Shown here: positions 41,218-50,767 of the stretch, one piece after another
Numbering within the stretch: position 1 is the stretch's first letter
Layout of the letters: every line of letters starts with the position of its first letter
From: an uncultured delta proteobacterium
GTDB lineage: Bacteria; Desulfobacterota; Binatia; UBA9968
Reading direction: 5' to 3'
Length of the DNA stretch: 64,000 bases
Assembly: GCA_963727625.1 (NCBI GenBank)
Contig: CAVSHR010000005.1
Span: 480,001-544,000, forward strand
Notes under the pieces: generated by a model
What the model was told of the DNA's origin: nothing
Database searches by the model: none
What the model saw: the letters and a program-made list of their open reading frames with translations, nothing else
Program-made: the position numbers and the translations under genes

Positions 41218-42153
41218 ATGGCGGATCGTCGGTTACGGATCATTTATCGCTCAAATTCTCACGCGCCGCTGTGGCTGGTGGCCGACAAATCGGGCTCTTG
41301 GCAAAAAAACGGCCTCGATGTCGACACTTCGCCGCAACCGGTTCGCGAAAAGGCAGTCGAGTCGCTAAAGAATGGCCACGTCGACCTGATCTCAGGAAAT
41401 CATCATAATCTTTACGTGCGCAATGCAATGAACGCTGAAGACTTCGTCCACCTCGCACAAGCGACCAATAACTGGACCGAAAATAAGCTCGTCATGACAC
41501 CGGGCATTGGCTCGTTACAAGAACTGCGCGGAAAAAACATTGTCGCTGACAAACTAACTTCTCACGCCGGGCTCAATATCTGGCTGTTTCTCAAACAAGA
41601 AGGTCTCGACGCCGACCGCGGTGACGTCGAGCTAATCGAGTTGCGCGGCTCGTCGGAAGAGCGCTGGAAGCGCGTCGTGGACGGTGAATTCGCCGCTACT
41701 TTCGTCACCATTCCGCACGATAGCCGTGCCGCCAAAGCCGGCGCTAAGGTGATCGCCGTGCGCGCCATACCCATGATTCGCGGTGTGACCCTGACGACAA
41801 CCATGACGTTCGTGCGAAATCATCAAGAGGAAATTCGCCTGCTCACCAAGGGCTTCGTCGACGCGATCCACTTTTTTCGCACCCGCAGACAACCGACTCT
41901 GGAGATTTTAAAGGAGCACGCCGCGCCGATATTGAAACTTCAGTCCGATAAAGAGGTGGAAACGCTTTACGACGAGTGGGCGCAGTCGCTCGAACGCAAG
42001 CCGTACCCGTCGCTGCCGGCGATTTCAAATGTCTTTCAGCTCGCGCTCAGGCGTAACCCGGAAATCGCCGGCTATAACCCTCTCGGATTATGGGATACCC
42101 ATTTCGTCCGCGAATTGGACGATAGCGGTTATATCGACCGGCTCTATCAATAA
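41218..42153 (+). CDS. NMT1/SsuA-fold binding protein without signal peptide
   Basis: WQKNGLDVD, LQELRGK and ELDDSGYIDRLY motifs; N-terminus MADRRLRII is not hydrophobic. Confidence 0.82.
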   Translation: MADRRLRIIYRSNSHAPLWLVADKSGSWQKNGLDVDTSPQPVREKAVESLKNGHVDLISGNHHNLYVRNAMNAEDFVHLAQATNNWTENKLVMTPGIGSLQELRGKNIVADKLTSHAGLNIWLFLKQEGLDADRGDVELIELRGSSEERWKRVVDGEFAATFVTIPHDSRAAKAGAKVIAVRAIPMIRGVTLTTTMTFVRNHQEEIRLLTKGFVDAIHFFRTRRQPTLEILKEHAAPILKLQSDKEVETLYDEWAQSLERKPYPSLPAISNVFQLALRRNPEIAGYNPLGLWDTHFVRELDDSGYIDRLYQ

Positions 42154-42186
42154 AAAAAGGCGGAGCTCGCTGCTCCGCCTTTTTTT
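42152..42186. terminator. Bidirectional rho-independent terminator
   Basis: AAAAAAAGGCGGAGC-tcgct-GCTCCGCCTTTTTTT between convergent genes. Confidence 0.9.
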
Positions 42187-42212
42187 CTCCTCTTACCCGA
42201 TAACGGCGGCTT

Positions 42213-42977
42213 CTACCGCTGGCTGAGCCGATTCGTCGACTGCTCCTGAGATTGCTGAGCCGGGCGCGGCGCAGGTTGCACAGCAGGCACCGCCGCCACC
42301 GTCGGCTCGGACGTAATCCCGTCACGATAAACTAAGATCTCAACGCGGCGGTTCTTCGCGCGACCTTGCGGAGTGCTATTATCATTCACCGGTGAGCTCT
42401 CTCCATAGGAGACCGGAACCACGCGCATCGGATCTAACTTCTTCTGGGTGATTAAATAGCGGCTGACCGCATCGGCTCTTTTCTTGCCCAGTTCATAATT
42501 ATATTCGTCGTTACCGATGTTGTCCGTATGTCCCGCGACCACAAACATTGCGCCATCCCCTGCGTCGCCTTTAAGATCGCTCAGAAAGCCGTCGATCTCA
42601 CGCTGCGCCGAGGCCGGTAAGGCCGCTGAATTGAACGCGAAGTTGGCTCCGTCCTTCATGTCGATCACGATCTTGCGCTCCAGCCGAAGATTAGCGATGG
42701 CGCTCAGGGCGCGTTGCGCTTTGGCATCGACCTCGCCCAATCGCCCTTCGAACTGACCCAGTTTGCCCTCGACGCCGCTCATGCGGCCGCTCAGGCTCCC
42801 GATCTGACCTTCGGCCTTATCGATGCGGCCCTCGGTTTGGGTGACCCGCCCTGATACCGGGTCCACCTGCTCCTTGACCCAGTTACGCGTCGCAAGACAT
42901 CCCTGCGAGACCAATAACGCCCCGACCACGCCCGCGCCAATAAAATAATTGGCCCCGTAAGAACCAATGCCTTTCAT
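42213..42977 (-). CDS. OmpA-family peptidoglycan-binding lipoprotein with coiled-coil stalk
   Basis: Lipobox-like VSQGC; heptad repeats; GHTD, RADAV and NRRVEI motifs; GGAGG RBS. Confidence 0.92.
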   Translation of the reverse strand: MKGIGSYGANYFIGAGVVGALLVSQGCLATRNWVKEQVDPVSGRVTQTEGRIDKAEGQIGSLSGRMSGVEGKLGQFEGRLGEVDAKAQRALSAIANLRLERKIVIDMKDGANFAFNSAALPASAQREIDGFLSDLKGDAGDGAMFVVAGHTDNIGNDEYNYELGKKRADAVSRYLITQKKLDPMRVVPVSYGESSPVNDNSTPQGRAKNRRVEILVYRDGITSEPTVAAVPAVQPAPRPAQQSQEQSTNRLSQR

Positions 42978-43035
42978 AAATTCCTCCTTAATTGCAACAC
43001 TAATAATTTTCATGACTGTAAAAATTGCGACAACT

Positions 43036-44262
43036 TTAGTTTCTAAATCTTGCCCGGCCGGAGTGCGCGCCGCTTTCAATCGGTAAACAGACGATGAATT
43101 CCGCAGCCTCTCCAGGACGGCTCTTAAAATAGACATCACCTCCGGCATTATCTAGATATTTGCGTACCTGAGTTAATCCCTCGCCGCTCTTATCGCGCGC
43201 GCCCTCCAATCGCGACGCAGGCTCAAACAACGATTTCAATCGATCGGCTACTCGGTTCGACTCCATCCCCTTTACGACCACTTCCAAGTCGCCGTCTTCG
43301 CGCCGCACGGTAAGTCGGACCGCTTCATTCCTGGTCGCCGACGCGGCATGGTCGACCAGGGTATGCAAGACCCTTTTGAACATGGCCGGAACCAGCGTTG
43401 CGTTGCGCGGCGCATTGGGCGTGTAAATCACTTCGACGTTGACACCTCTCTCGCGGGCGGCGCTTCGGCAAGAGGCCACCGACTGGGAGATGGCGCTGGT
43501 AATATCGACAACCGCTTCGTCGACAATGTTTTCGAATGGGCTGGAATCTTCATCGGCGCAATTGGGCAGTCCGGACAGCGCATTCATGCTATCGGTGATT
43601 TGCTGGACGCTCGATTCGACACTCTGGACATGCTTTGCACATTCGCTCTGCAGCGGCCCCTCGAGCTTGTGGTGGATCAGCGCGACGTTGCCGACAACAA
43701 CCTGGAGGGCATTTTTCACATCGTGAGATGTTGTAAGGAGCTCGTGCTGGTGCTGCTTTCTCGCGGCCAATTCATGCACGACCCAACTCAATTCACCGGC
43801 CAAGGATTGAAGCAAAAACAGTTCATGAGGCGAATAACCCTTAGGCCGGCCATGGCCGAGCATCAAAAACCCAAAAGAGCGACCCGCTGGCGGTGTGAGC
43901 GGCGCCACTACGGCGCTACGGTAGCCGAACCCAGCGCTTACATCGTTATGCCATGTCACCGGTGCTGACGATTTGGCTACGAGATCCATACAGCGACGTG
44001 AGAAATTCTCCGGCAATTGGCAAACAGCGGCCTCAGGCTGGCCGACCTCCAGGAGTTGCTCGTTGGGCGCCGCAAGCGCGCCGTAGCAAAAATCGACGGC
44101 GAAAAATCGCCGCAAACGCGCCAGAAAGTGAGTGAATAGGACTTTTTCATCAACGAACTGCTGATTCCAAATAAACGCGCGAATTAGATTGGCTCTTTCC
44201 CATAGGCCGACGAATGATTCCCAGCTTCCCGACGGTTCTCTGATTCCCTTGAAAGCCGACAT
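43036..44262 (-). CDS. GAF-domain histidine kinase-like protein with degenerate ATPase domain
   Basis: GAF (VVAPL...FGFLML), H box SHDVKNAL; N box and DxGxG box missing. Confidence 0.78.
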   Translation of the reverse strand: MSAFKGIREPSGSWESFVGLWERANLIRAFIWNQQFVDEKVLFTHFLARLRRFFAVDFCYGALAAPNEQLLEVGQPEAAVCQLPENFSRRCMDLVAKSSAPVTWHNDVSAGFGYRSAVVAPLTPPAGRSFGFLMLGHGRPKGYSPHELFLLQSLAGELSWVVHELAARKQHQHELLTTSHDVKNALQVVVGNVALIHHKLEGPLQSECAKHVQSVESSVQQITDSMNALSGLPNCADEDSSPFENIVDEAVVDITSAISQSVASCRSAARERGVNVEVIYTPNAPRNATLVPAMFKRVLHTLVDHAASATRNEAVRLTVRREDGDLEVVVKGMESNRVADRLKSLFEPASRLEGARDKSGEGLTQVRKYLDNAGGDVYFKSRPGEAAEFIVCLPIESGAHSGRARFRN

Positions 44263-44338
44263 ATTCCGTTTGCGACCCTTGCTCGCCTGTACGCCGCAGC
44301 GACACAACTGGGGGCGATATTACACAGGTTGGGAGTAA

Positions 44339-44443
44339 CCAAATTTCATACCATGGCGATACTCTAAAAATCTCCTTAAATTCCTGAAGCTTAAATATAA
44401 AGCGGCTAAGTCTGACGGCGTCACTGAAGCCAATTCCCTACAC
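44339..44443 (-). promoter_or_regulatory. Imperfect sigma54 promoter plus upstream enhancer-like site
   Basis: TGGTATGAAATTTGG (44353-44339, GG-N10-GG); CTGAAG-N7-CCTACAC at 44424-44443. Confidence 0.5.
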
Positions 44444-44506
44444 ACATGAAGGATTCCCAAGGGAAATATCCACTTGATCCTCAGCCGAACCGTAACCGAT
44501 TAGTCG

Positions 44507-44878
44507 CTATCGTTCGAGACCTTGTTGTCTCAAACGTTCATTCTCGCGCCGCAAGCGCTCGATCTCGCGTTGATTTTGCTCGCTTTGCATAGCCTGATCC
44601 TGCTGCCGCATTTCCTGACCCATTAAATGATCGCCGATCAACGCCCCGGCAAGCAGGCCGACCGGTCCACCGATCAAAGCACCGGCGGCGGCATGCCCTA
44701 CCATGCTGCCAATGATCGCGCCGGATCCGGCACCGAGGCCAGCACCGATTAGACCACCCTGCTCGCGCGTGGTAATCGGCGCGGAACAGCCAGCAACCAT
44801 CACGACTAAACCGAGCATCAACGTACCGACTAAAACTCTGCTTACCATACCGAGACCTCCTCTAATTTTATTCATCAT
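44507..44878 (-). CDS. Glycine-zipper lipoprotein
   Basis: Lipobox VAGC; GGLIGAGLGAGSGAIIG zipper; C-terminal coiled coil. Confidence 0.88.
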   Translation of the reverse strand: MMNKIRGGLGMVSRVLVGTLMLGLVVMVAGCSAPITTREQGGLIGAGLGAGSGAIIGSMVGHAAAGALIGGPVGLLAGALIGDHLMGQEMRQQDQAMQSEQNQREIERLRRENERLRQQGLER

Positions 44879-44888
44879 TTTCAGTAGC

Positions 44889-45281
44889 TTATAGCATCGT
44901 GGCCAAGCCGTCTCCGCTCTCTATCAACAGAGTGATTAGCTGGTTTCGCGCGAACGGTTTGCGCAAGACCCTAGCGCCAAACTCAGCGATTTCACGTTGC
45001 AAGACAGCATTGAACTGATCAACGGCACCGCTCATGTAGAGCATTTTGACGCGTGGGTTAAGCACACGAATCAAGCGCATCATCCCGACACCGTCCAACT
45101 TCGGCATCTGGATATCGGTTAGAACCCAATCCGCCGGCGAACGCAGGTAACTCATGTATCCATCAATGCCGTCACAAGCCGTGCAGACTTCAAAGCCGGC
45201 CGCTCGCAAGGTGAGAGCGACAACTTGGGCCAAAGCCTCATTATCGTCGACAACTAAAACAGTCTTCAGCTTGACGGACAT
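44889..45281 (-). CDS. Single-domain response regulator (CheY-like)
   Basis: VLVVDD, LTDIQMP, MSG and LRKPF motifs. Confidence 0.92.
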   Translation of the reverse strand: MSVKLKTVLVVDDNEALAQVVALTLRAAGFEVCTACDGIDGYMSYLRSPADWVLTDIQMPKLDGVGMMRLIRVLNPRVKMLYMSGAVDQFNAVLQREIAEFGARVLRKPFARNQLITLLIESGDGLATML

Positions 45282-45312
45282 GGATTAAGCTCTTTTACCG
45301 GTAGCTGTGACG

Positions 45313-45420
45313 AGCAATCTGTATTCCATAGGCGTTGAATTAGGATTTTAATGTTAAGTATCTTAATATATTAAATAAATATTATTTTGAAATAGATCAA
45401 CTGAAGGGTTCTTCCTACAC
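45313..45420 (-). promoter_or_regulatory. Sigma54 promoter, AT-rich spacer and enhancer-like site
   Basis: TGGAATACAGATTGCT (45328-45313, GG-N10-GC); CTGAAG-N7-CCTACAC at 45401-45420. Confidence 0.65.
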
Positions 45421-45799
45421 GATGAAGTGTCGACTCTGGCGAGGGGCTTTCCGGATGCTAACAAACGATGAACTTCTGCCAATGCTGCGCGATTTGTTCG
45501 TTTTCCTAACTTATTCGATGCCTAACTGCCGGGTTGAGCCGCTCAGTTCATGCGCCAAAGCCTCTTGCGCTTCCCTAAGTGTCTCGCTGACCTCTTGTTA
45601 TGCGATTGCGCGCGGACGTGGGCTCACGCAGTTCGTCGTGCGCGAGCTCACAAGGTTAAGGCGGTTGCACTGAGGTATGCGCTGGCAAATAATCTGATGC
45701 GGGCGGTGACGCTCGCCCAAACGGCGCGGACACCGTCTGCATTGCGGGGCAGAGCTCTACAGCGCCATTGAAGACGCCGCCCGGAGCGCCTATTGGCAC

Positions 45800-46089
45800 T
45801 GTACCATGCCGTCAGGTAGCACGGCGCGAGAACCGGGGGGGGGCCGGCAGGGTAATGACCGGCAAATCCACCTCGCTTGGCACGTCGGATAAATTTGCGA
45901 AGCAGCGCACGCCGGCAATTTCTTGGTATTTCGGATTGACCAGATAGAGCTTGCCCGCGTAGCCGAACTCTCGGAAAAACGATTCGGTCTATCGCTCAAC
46001 TTGTTTTGTTCCGTGGAGGCACTGATCAAAGCCATCGAACAAGGGTGAAACAGCTTCTTGGGTCCAACCTTTTTTCCACATTTGCTCAT
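45800..46089 (-). pseudogene. Frameshifted N-terminal remnant of an ADP-forming acyl-CoA synthetase (CoA-binding domain)
   Basis: LFHPCSMALISASTEQNKLS, then in another frame GYAGKLYLVNPKYQEIAGVRCFANLSDVPSEVDLPVITLPA; the rest is absent. Confidence 0.75.
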
Positions 46090-46242
46090 CTTCTTGTGGG
46101 CTACCGATGCCTGCGGCGACTGCTCTTAGATTTTCTTTACAAGCACACGCCCGGCAGCCCGCTGAAGTGACCAGTCCTATCTTACAATGGCTTCAGAGGG
46201 AAATTTCTCTTGCGGCTGCGTCAGCGGACAGCGAGCAAGATC

Positions 46243-47628
46243 TTAACGCTTTCCATCCTTTTGTGTCAGCCAGGCAACGGGAACGAAGTCTTTCAAGTCG
46301 AGACGTTCGAAGACATCCATGGGAACCCTGTGCCTGGGCGTAAAACTACTCAGAAGAGGTTTCGCCGTGGCGTCGATCCCCATCTTCGCCGTCACTCCAT
46401 CCTTCAAGTCGGAGGGATCGAGATCCGAGCCGCCGACCATGCTGACGATCATGACATCGCGATCCGCCTGGCAGCGGGTGCCCACTGCCCACTGCACCCG
46501 CTGGTCGTTGAAGATATCGATATCGTGATCCACCACGATCACGTGTTTCATGTACATATCGGCGCCGAGGACGGCAAGGATAGCGTTCTTTCCCTGCCCC
46601 TCGGTCTTTTTCTCGATCGACACATAGACAGTAAAGGGCGCGGGGATTCGCACCCCCTTCACAGACGGAACCATGGCCTTTACCGCACGGAAGAGATTGG
46701 CTTCCATGGGAATGGTGGACAGCAGCAAGTGATCCAGGTGGCCGACGGCAATATCGTGCAAGAAGGCATCTTTCCGATGGGTGACGGCCTTGACGTGGAA
46801 AACCTCGCGCTTGCGGCTGCCCAGCGAATAGCCCGTAAACTCCCCGAACGGCCCTTCGTCCACTCTTTCAAAGGGGAGGATTTCGCCTTCGAGAATCATC
46901 TCCGCTCCAGCGGGAACCTTCAGATCCATGGTCTCCGCGGGAACTACTTCCATCGCCGCACCGGCCAAAGATCCCATTAAGTAAAACTCTTCTTCGTCGA
47001 TGGAGCCAATATTCAACGCTCCCAGCGACCAGGCAGGGTGCGCCCCCAAGATCACGGCGACCTTGAGCGGCTGCTGCATTTTTTCCGCGTTGGTATAGAA
47101 TTCCCAGAGGTGCTTGGCCAGCGTCAGGTGGATGGCGGTGCGATTTTTGTCGATAAACATGAGGCGATTAAAGCTGCAGTTAAGGCGGCCACCCAAGGGA
47201 TCGCTGGCCAGGGTGATGCCGGCAGTCAGATACGGCCCTGCATCATCTTGATGATGGACAATCTGGGGCATGGCGCGCAGGTCCAGCTGCTCTCCCTTCA
47301 AAATGACTTCTTTAACAGGCCCGGTATCAACTTCCTTAGGTGGAATGCGACGCTCAATGCGCCGCAGATAGTTCGCCACGGCGTCCCGCGGGTCACTGCC
47401 GATGGCCGAGGCCAAGCGCCGGCGCGCGGCGTGGACATTTGTCACGACAGGAAATTTGCTGCCCTTGACGTTTTCAAAGACCATTATGGGAAACCGCCTC
47501 TCCTGTTCCAGCTTGACCACCAGAGCCGTGATCTCGAAGCGAGGATCCACCTCCTTGCTGATGGTTAAGACATCCTCAGGGGATTCCTGCCGGACTTTTT
47601 CGATGAAGCTGCGCAGATCGTTCACCAT
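46243..47628 (-). CDS. UbiD-family prenyl-FMN (de)carboxylase
   Basis: DLRSFIE, DAGPYLTAG, EGPFGEFTGY, VVDHDID and KMGIDAT motifs. Confidence 0.93.
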   Translation of the reverse strand: MVNDLRSFIEKVRQESPEDVLTISKEVDPRFEITALVVKLEQERRFPIMVFENVKGSKFPVVTNVHAARRRLASAIGSDPRDAVANYLRRIERRIPPKEVDTGPVKEVILKGEQLDLRAMPQIVHHQDDAGPYLTAGITLASDPLGGRLNCSFNRLMFIDKNRTAIHLTLAKHLWEFYTNAEKMQQPLKVAVILGAHPAWSLGALNIGSIDEEEFYLMGSLAGAAMEVVPAETMDLKVPAGAEMILEGEILPFERVDEGPFGEFTGYSLGSRKREVFHVKAVTHRKDAFLHDIAVGHLDHLLLSTIPMEANLFRAVKAMVPSVKGVRIPAPFTVYVSIEKKTEGQGKNAILAVLGADMYMKHVIVVDHDIDIFNDQRVQWAVGTRCQADRDVMIVSMVGGSDLDPSDLKDGVTAKMGIDATAKPLLSSFTPRHRVPMDVFERLDLKDFVPVAWLTQKDGKR

Positions 47629-47963
47629 GCGATTCACCTCCGATAAAACTTCTCGACGAAATCGAGATGGGTTCGCAGGTCTTGCGGCGCCATAAAATTG
47701 GTCGATCCCGACTCGACGATTTTAGAGCTCTCTTCGCCTAAAAACTGGTGACGACAATTGGAATACATTGCCTTTATTTTTTTGTGCCGCAGTTCCTGGC
47801 AGAGACGATAAAACTCACCCTTGCACTGAGGATACGTTACCCAGAAGATTTTCGTCACGGTTTCTCCCGGCCTCAGCGACTTACATACAGAACCTGAAAA
47901 TTTATCTCTAATATTTTTTGCGCCGCGACAATGTGAGTAAACCATAGGATCGCATTTTTATCG

Positions 47964-48146
47964 CGCCAAGACGCTGAGCATTCCCGAAGCAAAATCCTAA
48001 ATCCAAAACACCAAATCCGAAACAAACCAAAATACGCAAAGTCGAAAACCAAAAAGATAAAATCCAAAATGAGGGAGTTTCGGACTTTATGTTATTGGGT
48101 CATTTGAATTTGTGTCGAAGTTAGGATTTGCAGCTTTGTCTTGGCG
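47964..48146. repeat. Nested imperfect inverted-repeat element, A-rich left arm and T-rich right arm
   Basis: cgccaagac/gtcttggcg (47964/48146), aaatcctaa/ttaggattt (47992/48129), tccgaaac/gtttcgga (48016/48084). Confidence 0.7.
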
Positions 48147-48251
48147 TCCTTTGCGACTTTGTGTGCGTTACTTACTTTTTGAGAAAGCTCTTCAGATTTT
48201 TCTTTTCGCCGTACAATTGTGGCGCGCTTGCGGACTTCAATGCGAGCACCG

Positions 48252-49697
48252 TTATGCCACTTTTTTTGAATTGCTTTCATTTTTTTTGGCGGCTGAGTAT
48301 CGCTTCAACAGCTCGGATTTGAGAATTTTTCCGATTGTTCCTCTCGGCATCTCCTTCAAGATCGTGAGTTTGCGGGGATACTTATAATGCGCCAGGTGTT
48401 CCTTGCAGTAAGAAATGATTTCTTCGCTGGCGGCCTCGGCCATCGGCTTCAGAGTAATAAAGGCCGCGATCTCTTCGCCCAGGTCAGCATCGAGAACCCC
48501 CACAACGGCGGCCTCGGCGACCGCCGAATGGGAGAGCAAAACTGCCTCCACCTCCTGCGGGAACACGGAATAGCCTCCTCTAAGGATCCTTTCTTGCTTT
48601 CGCCCAACGAGTCGAACGAACCGGCCGGGCAACACAGTGCCAAGATCGCCAGAGCTAAACCAGCCGTCCTTGAGGACCTCCCGGGTTTCTTCAGGGTGAT
48701 CGAGATAGCCATCCATGGCCGCGGGAGACTTAATTAACAATTCGCCCACTTCTCCATCGGTCAGCAATATCCCTTCTTCGTCGACCACTCGTATTTCCAC
48801 ACCTGGAACAAGTTTCCCGGCGGCGCCGGGCAACTCTCGTTGATCGTCGGCAAAATAGGAAATGGAACGAGGGACTTCAGTTGCGCCATAGCCGCACAAG
48901 ATTTTGACGCCGGTATTCTCGTGCCACTCTCCACAGAGGTCGGCTGAACAGGGCGCGGCTCCTGAAGTCGCGACCCGGAGGCTCGACAGGTCGGCTTTAG
49001 AAAACAAAGGCGAACTGAGAAGGCGCCGAAAGATCGTCGCCACACCCGGAAGAATTGTCACACGGTGTTTTTTGATCGCCGCAAAAACACTCTCAGGCGT
49101 GAAGTGCTCGATCACTGCCACGGTCCCCCCGAATAGGAGCGGCGCAAGAAGTCCGGCATACATCCCATAGTTGTGGGAGTAGGGGAGAACTCCAAGGACC
49201 ACATCCTCATCTCCGAGATCCATGATCACTTTGCCCCACAGCCGGGTGCCGAAGAGCACGGCCTCGTGGCTGAAGACGGCGCCTTTAGGTCGGCCGGTGC
49301 TTCCAGAAGTGTATACGATGACGGCCGGAGATCTGGCACGTGTAGGTGTAATCCACGAAGAATCCGCCACCGGCACGTCATCGATAACCTTTTTTGGCCG
49401 TAAATCGGCGAGCAGCTCCCCAAGCTCTTCTCCTTTAAGATCCGGACTCAGTGGAGCGACCGTGGCGCCGACCTTAAGGACCGCTAAGAAGGCAACAACA
49501 AAAGTCCAACGGTTTGGAAGCAGGATAGCGACCCTATCGCCCGGCCCTATCCCTTCGTCAGTAAGATACTGAGCGAATCCCGACGCGTGTCGGTCAAGTT
49601 CAGCACAGGTTAGCTTGCCGCCCTCCCATACCAAGGCAACCTTATCACCCGAGCGACGCGCGTTAGTCTCCAGGCAATGGACAAAATTTTCTTCCAT
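48252..49697 (-). CDS. Class I adenylate-forming acyl-CoA ligase
   Basis: YTSGSTGRPKG, GYGATE, SGDLG and GKILK motifs. Confidence 0.93.
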   Translation of the reverse strand: MEENFVHCLETNARRSGDKVALVWEGGKLTCAELDRHASGFAQYLTDEGIGPGDRVAILLPNRWTFVVAFLAVLKVGATVAPLSPDLKGEELGELLADLRPKKVIDDVPVADSSWITPTRARSPAVIVYTSGSTGRPKGAVFSHEAVLFGTRLWGKVIMDLGDEDVVLGVLPYSHNYGMYAGLLAPLLFGGTVAVIEHFTPESVFAAIKKHRVTILPGVATIFRRLLSSPLFSKADLSSLRVATSGAAPCSADLCGEWHENTGVKILCGYGATEVPRSISYFADDQRELPGAAGKLVPGVEIRVVDEEGILLTDGEVGELLIKSPAAMDGYLDHPEETREVLKDGWFSSGDLGTVLPGRFVRLVGRKQERILRGGYSVFPQEVEAVLLSHSAVAEAAVVGVLDADLGEEIAAFITLKPMAEAASEEIISYCKEHLAHYKYPRKLTILKEMPRGTIGKILKSELLKRYSAAKKNESNSKKVA

Positions 49698-49732
49698 TTT
49701 TCCATCCCTCCAACGCCGGTGTTATTTGAAAA

Positions 49733-50734
49733 TCAGGGGCTCTTGTCTTCCAAACCGACTATCTGAGCCAAAGCCCTAGTCACGTAAACCTTTGTCATGC
49801 GTTTGCGATACCAATAGTCCATGTCGGTGTTGTCCACCGGATGCGAGAGCTTCGCTGCAGCTTCGGCGACAACCTCGATGCGCTCTCGGGTCACTTTCTT
49901 CCCTTCCAGCACAGGAGCGACATTCACCATAACAGGGGCTGAAGAGACGGCCGTTAGAACAATTTTCGCCGAACTGCACAGCCCCTCGCCGTTAAATCTC
50001 ATGGCAGCAGCCACGCCGAGCACCGGAAAGTCAAAAGACCCTCTACGGCGCAGCTTTAAGTAGACATTTCTCTGACCAAAGGCCGCACGGGGAATTATGA
50101 TTCCCTGGAGGAGTTCGTCGTTTTTCTTGGACAGAAAATGAATGCCATCATTGCGATACAACTGGTCGAACAGGACCCGGCGATCGCCTTCGCGGCCGAC
50201 CAACACCGCCACGGCGTTCAAGCTGCAAAGGACCGGTGCCGTATCGGATGAGAAAACGGCGAGGCAGATCTTGCTCTTCGGCGCCACGAGACAGATCTGG
50301 CCGTCTTTCTTCAGGCAAAAGCCGGCTGCGTTGCGCCAGAAAAAGCTCTGGTCATAATAATTACAGCGGGTGTCGACAAAAACATTGCCACCGATAGTTC
50401 CGACATTGCGAAGCTGCGGCGTGGAGACCAAACCGGCGGCTTGAGAAAGAGCCGGGAAGAGCTCATTGACGGCCCGGTTACGGGCCACATGAGTCAGGGT
50501 TTCTCCGGCGCCGATCCACATCCCTTCCTTGTCATCGGCACGAATCCCTCTGACCTCGGCTAACGATCTGAGAGAAATCAAATGGCGGGGAGTAAACTGG
50601 CCCCGCTTCATTTTGGGATAGACGTCCGTGCCACCCGCCACAGCCATGGCGTCGGTTCCCAGCTCTGAAAGCAGGCGCGCCGCCTTTTCTAACGATTTGG
50701 GCCTTACATAATTGAAATCAGGTAGTCTTAACAT
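49733..50734 (-). CDS. hcrB: 4-hydroxybenzoyl-CoA reductase-like FAD/[4Fe-4S] subunit
   Basis: AGGTD and TIGGN motifs; Cys insert RCNYYDQSFFWR...FCLKKDGQIC...C characteristic of HcrB-type subunits. Confidence 0.8.
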   Translation of the reverse strand: MLRLPDFNYVRPKSLEKAARLLSELGTDAMAVAGGTDVYPKMKRGQFTPRHLISLRSLAEVRGIRADDKEGMWIGAGETLTHVARNRAVNELFPALSQAAGLVSTPQLRNVGTIGGNVFVDTRCNYYDQSFFWRNAAGFCLKKDGQICLVAPKSKICLAVFSSDTAPVLCSLNAVAVLVGREGDRRVLFDQLYRNDGIHFLSKKNDELLQGIIIPRAAFGQRNVYLKLRRRGSFDFPVLGVAAAMRFNGEGLCSSAKIVLTAVSSAPVMVNVAPVLEGKKVTRERIEVVAEAAAKLSHPVDNTDMDYWYRKRMTKVYVTRALAQIVGLEDKSP

Positions 50735-50767
50735 TTTCTCTGTTCTCTGTCTCTGTCTCTGTCTCTG

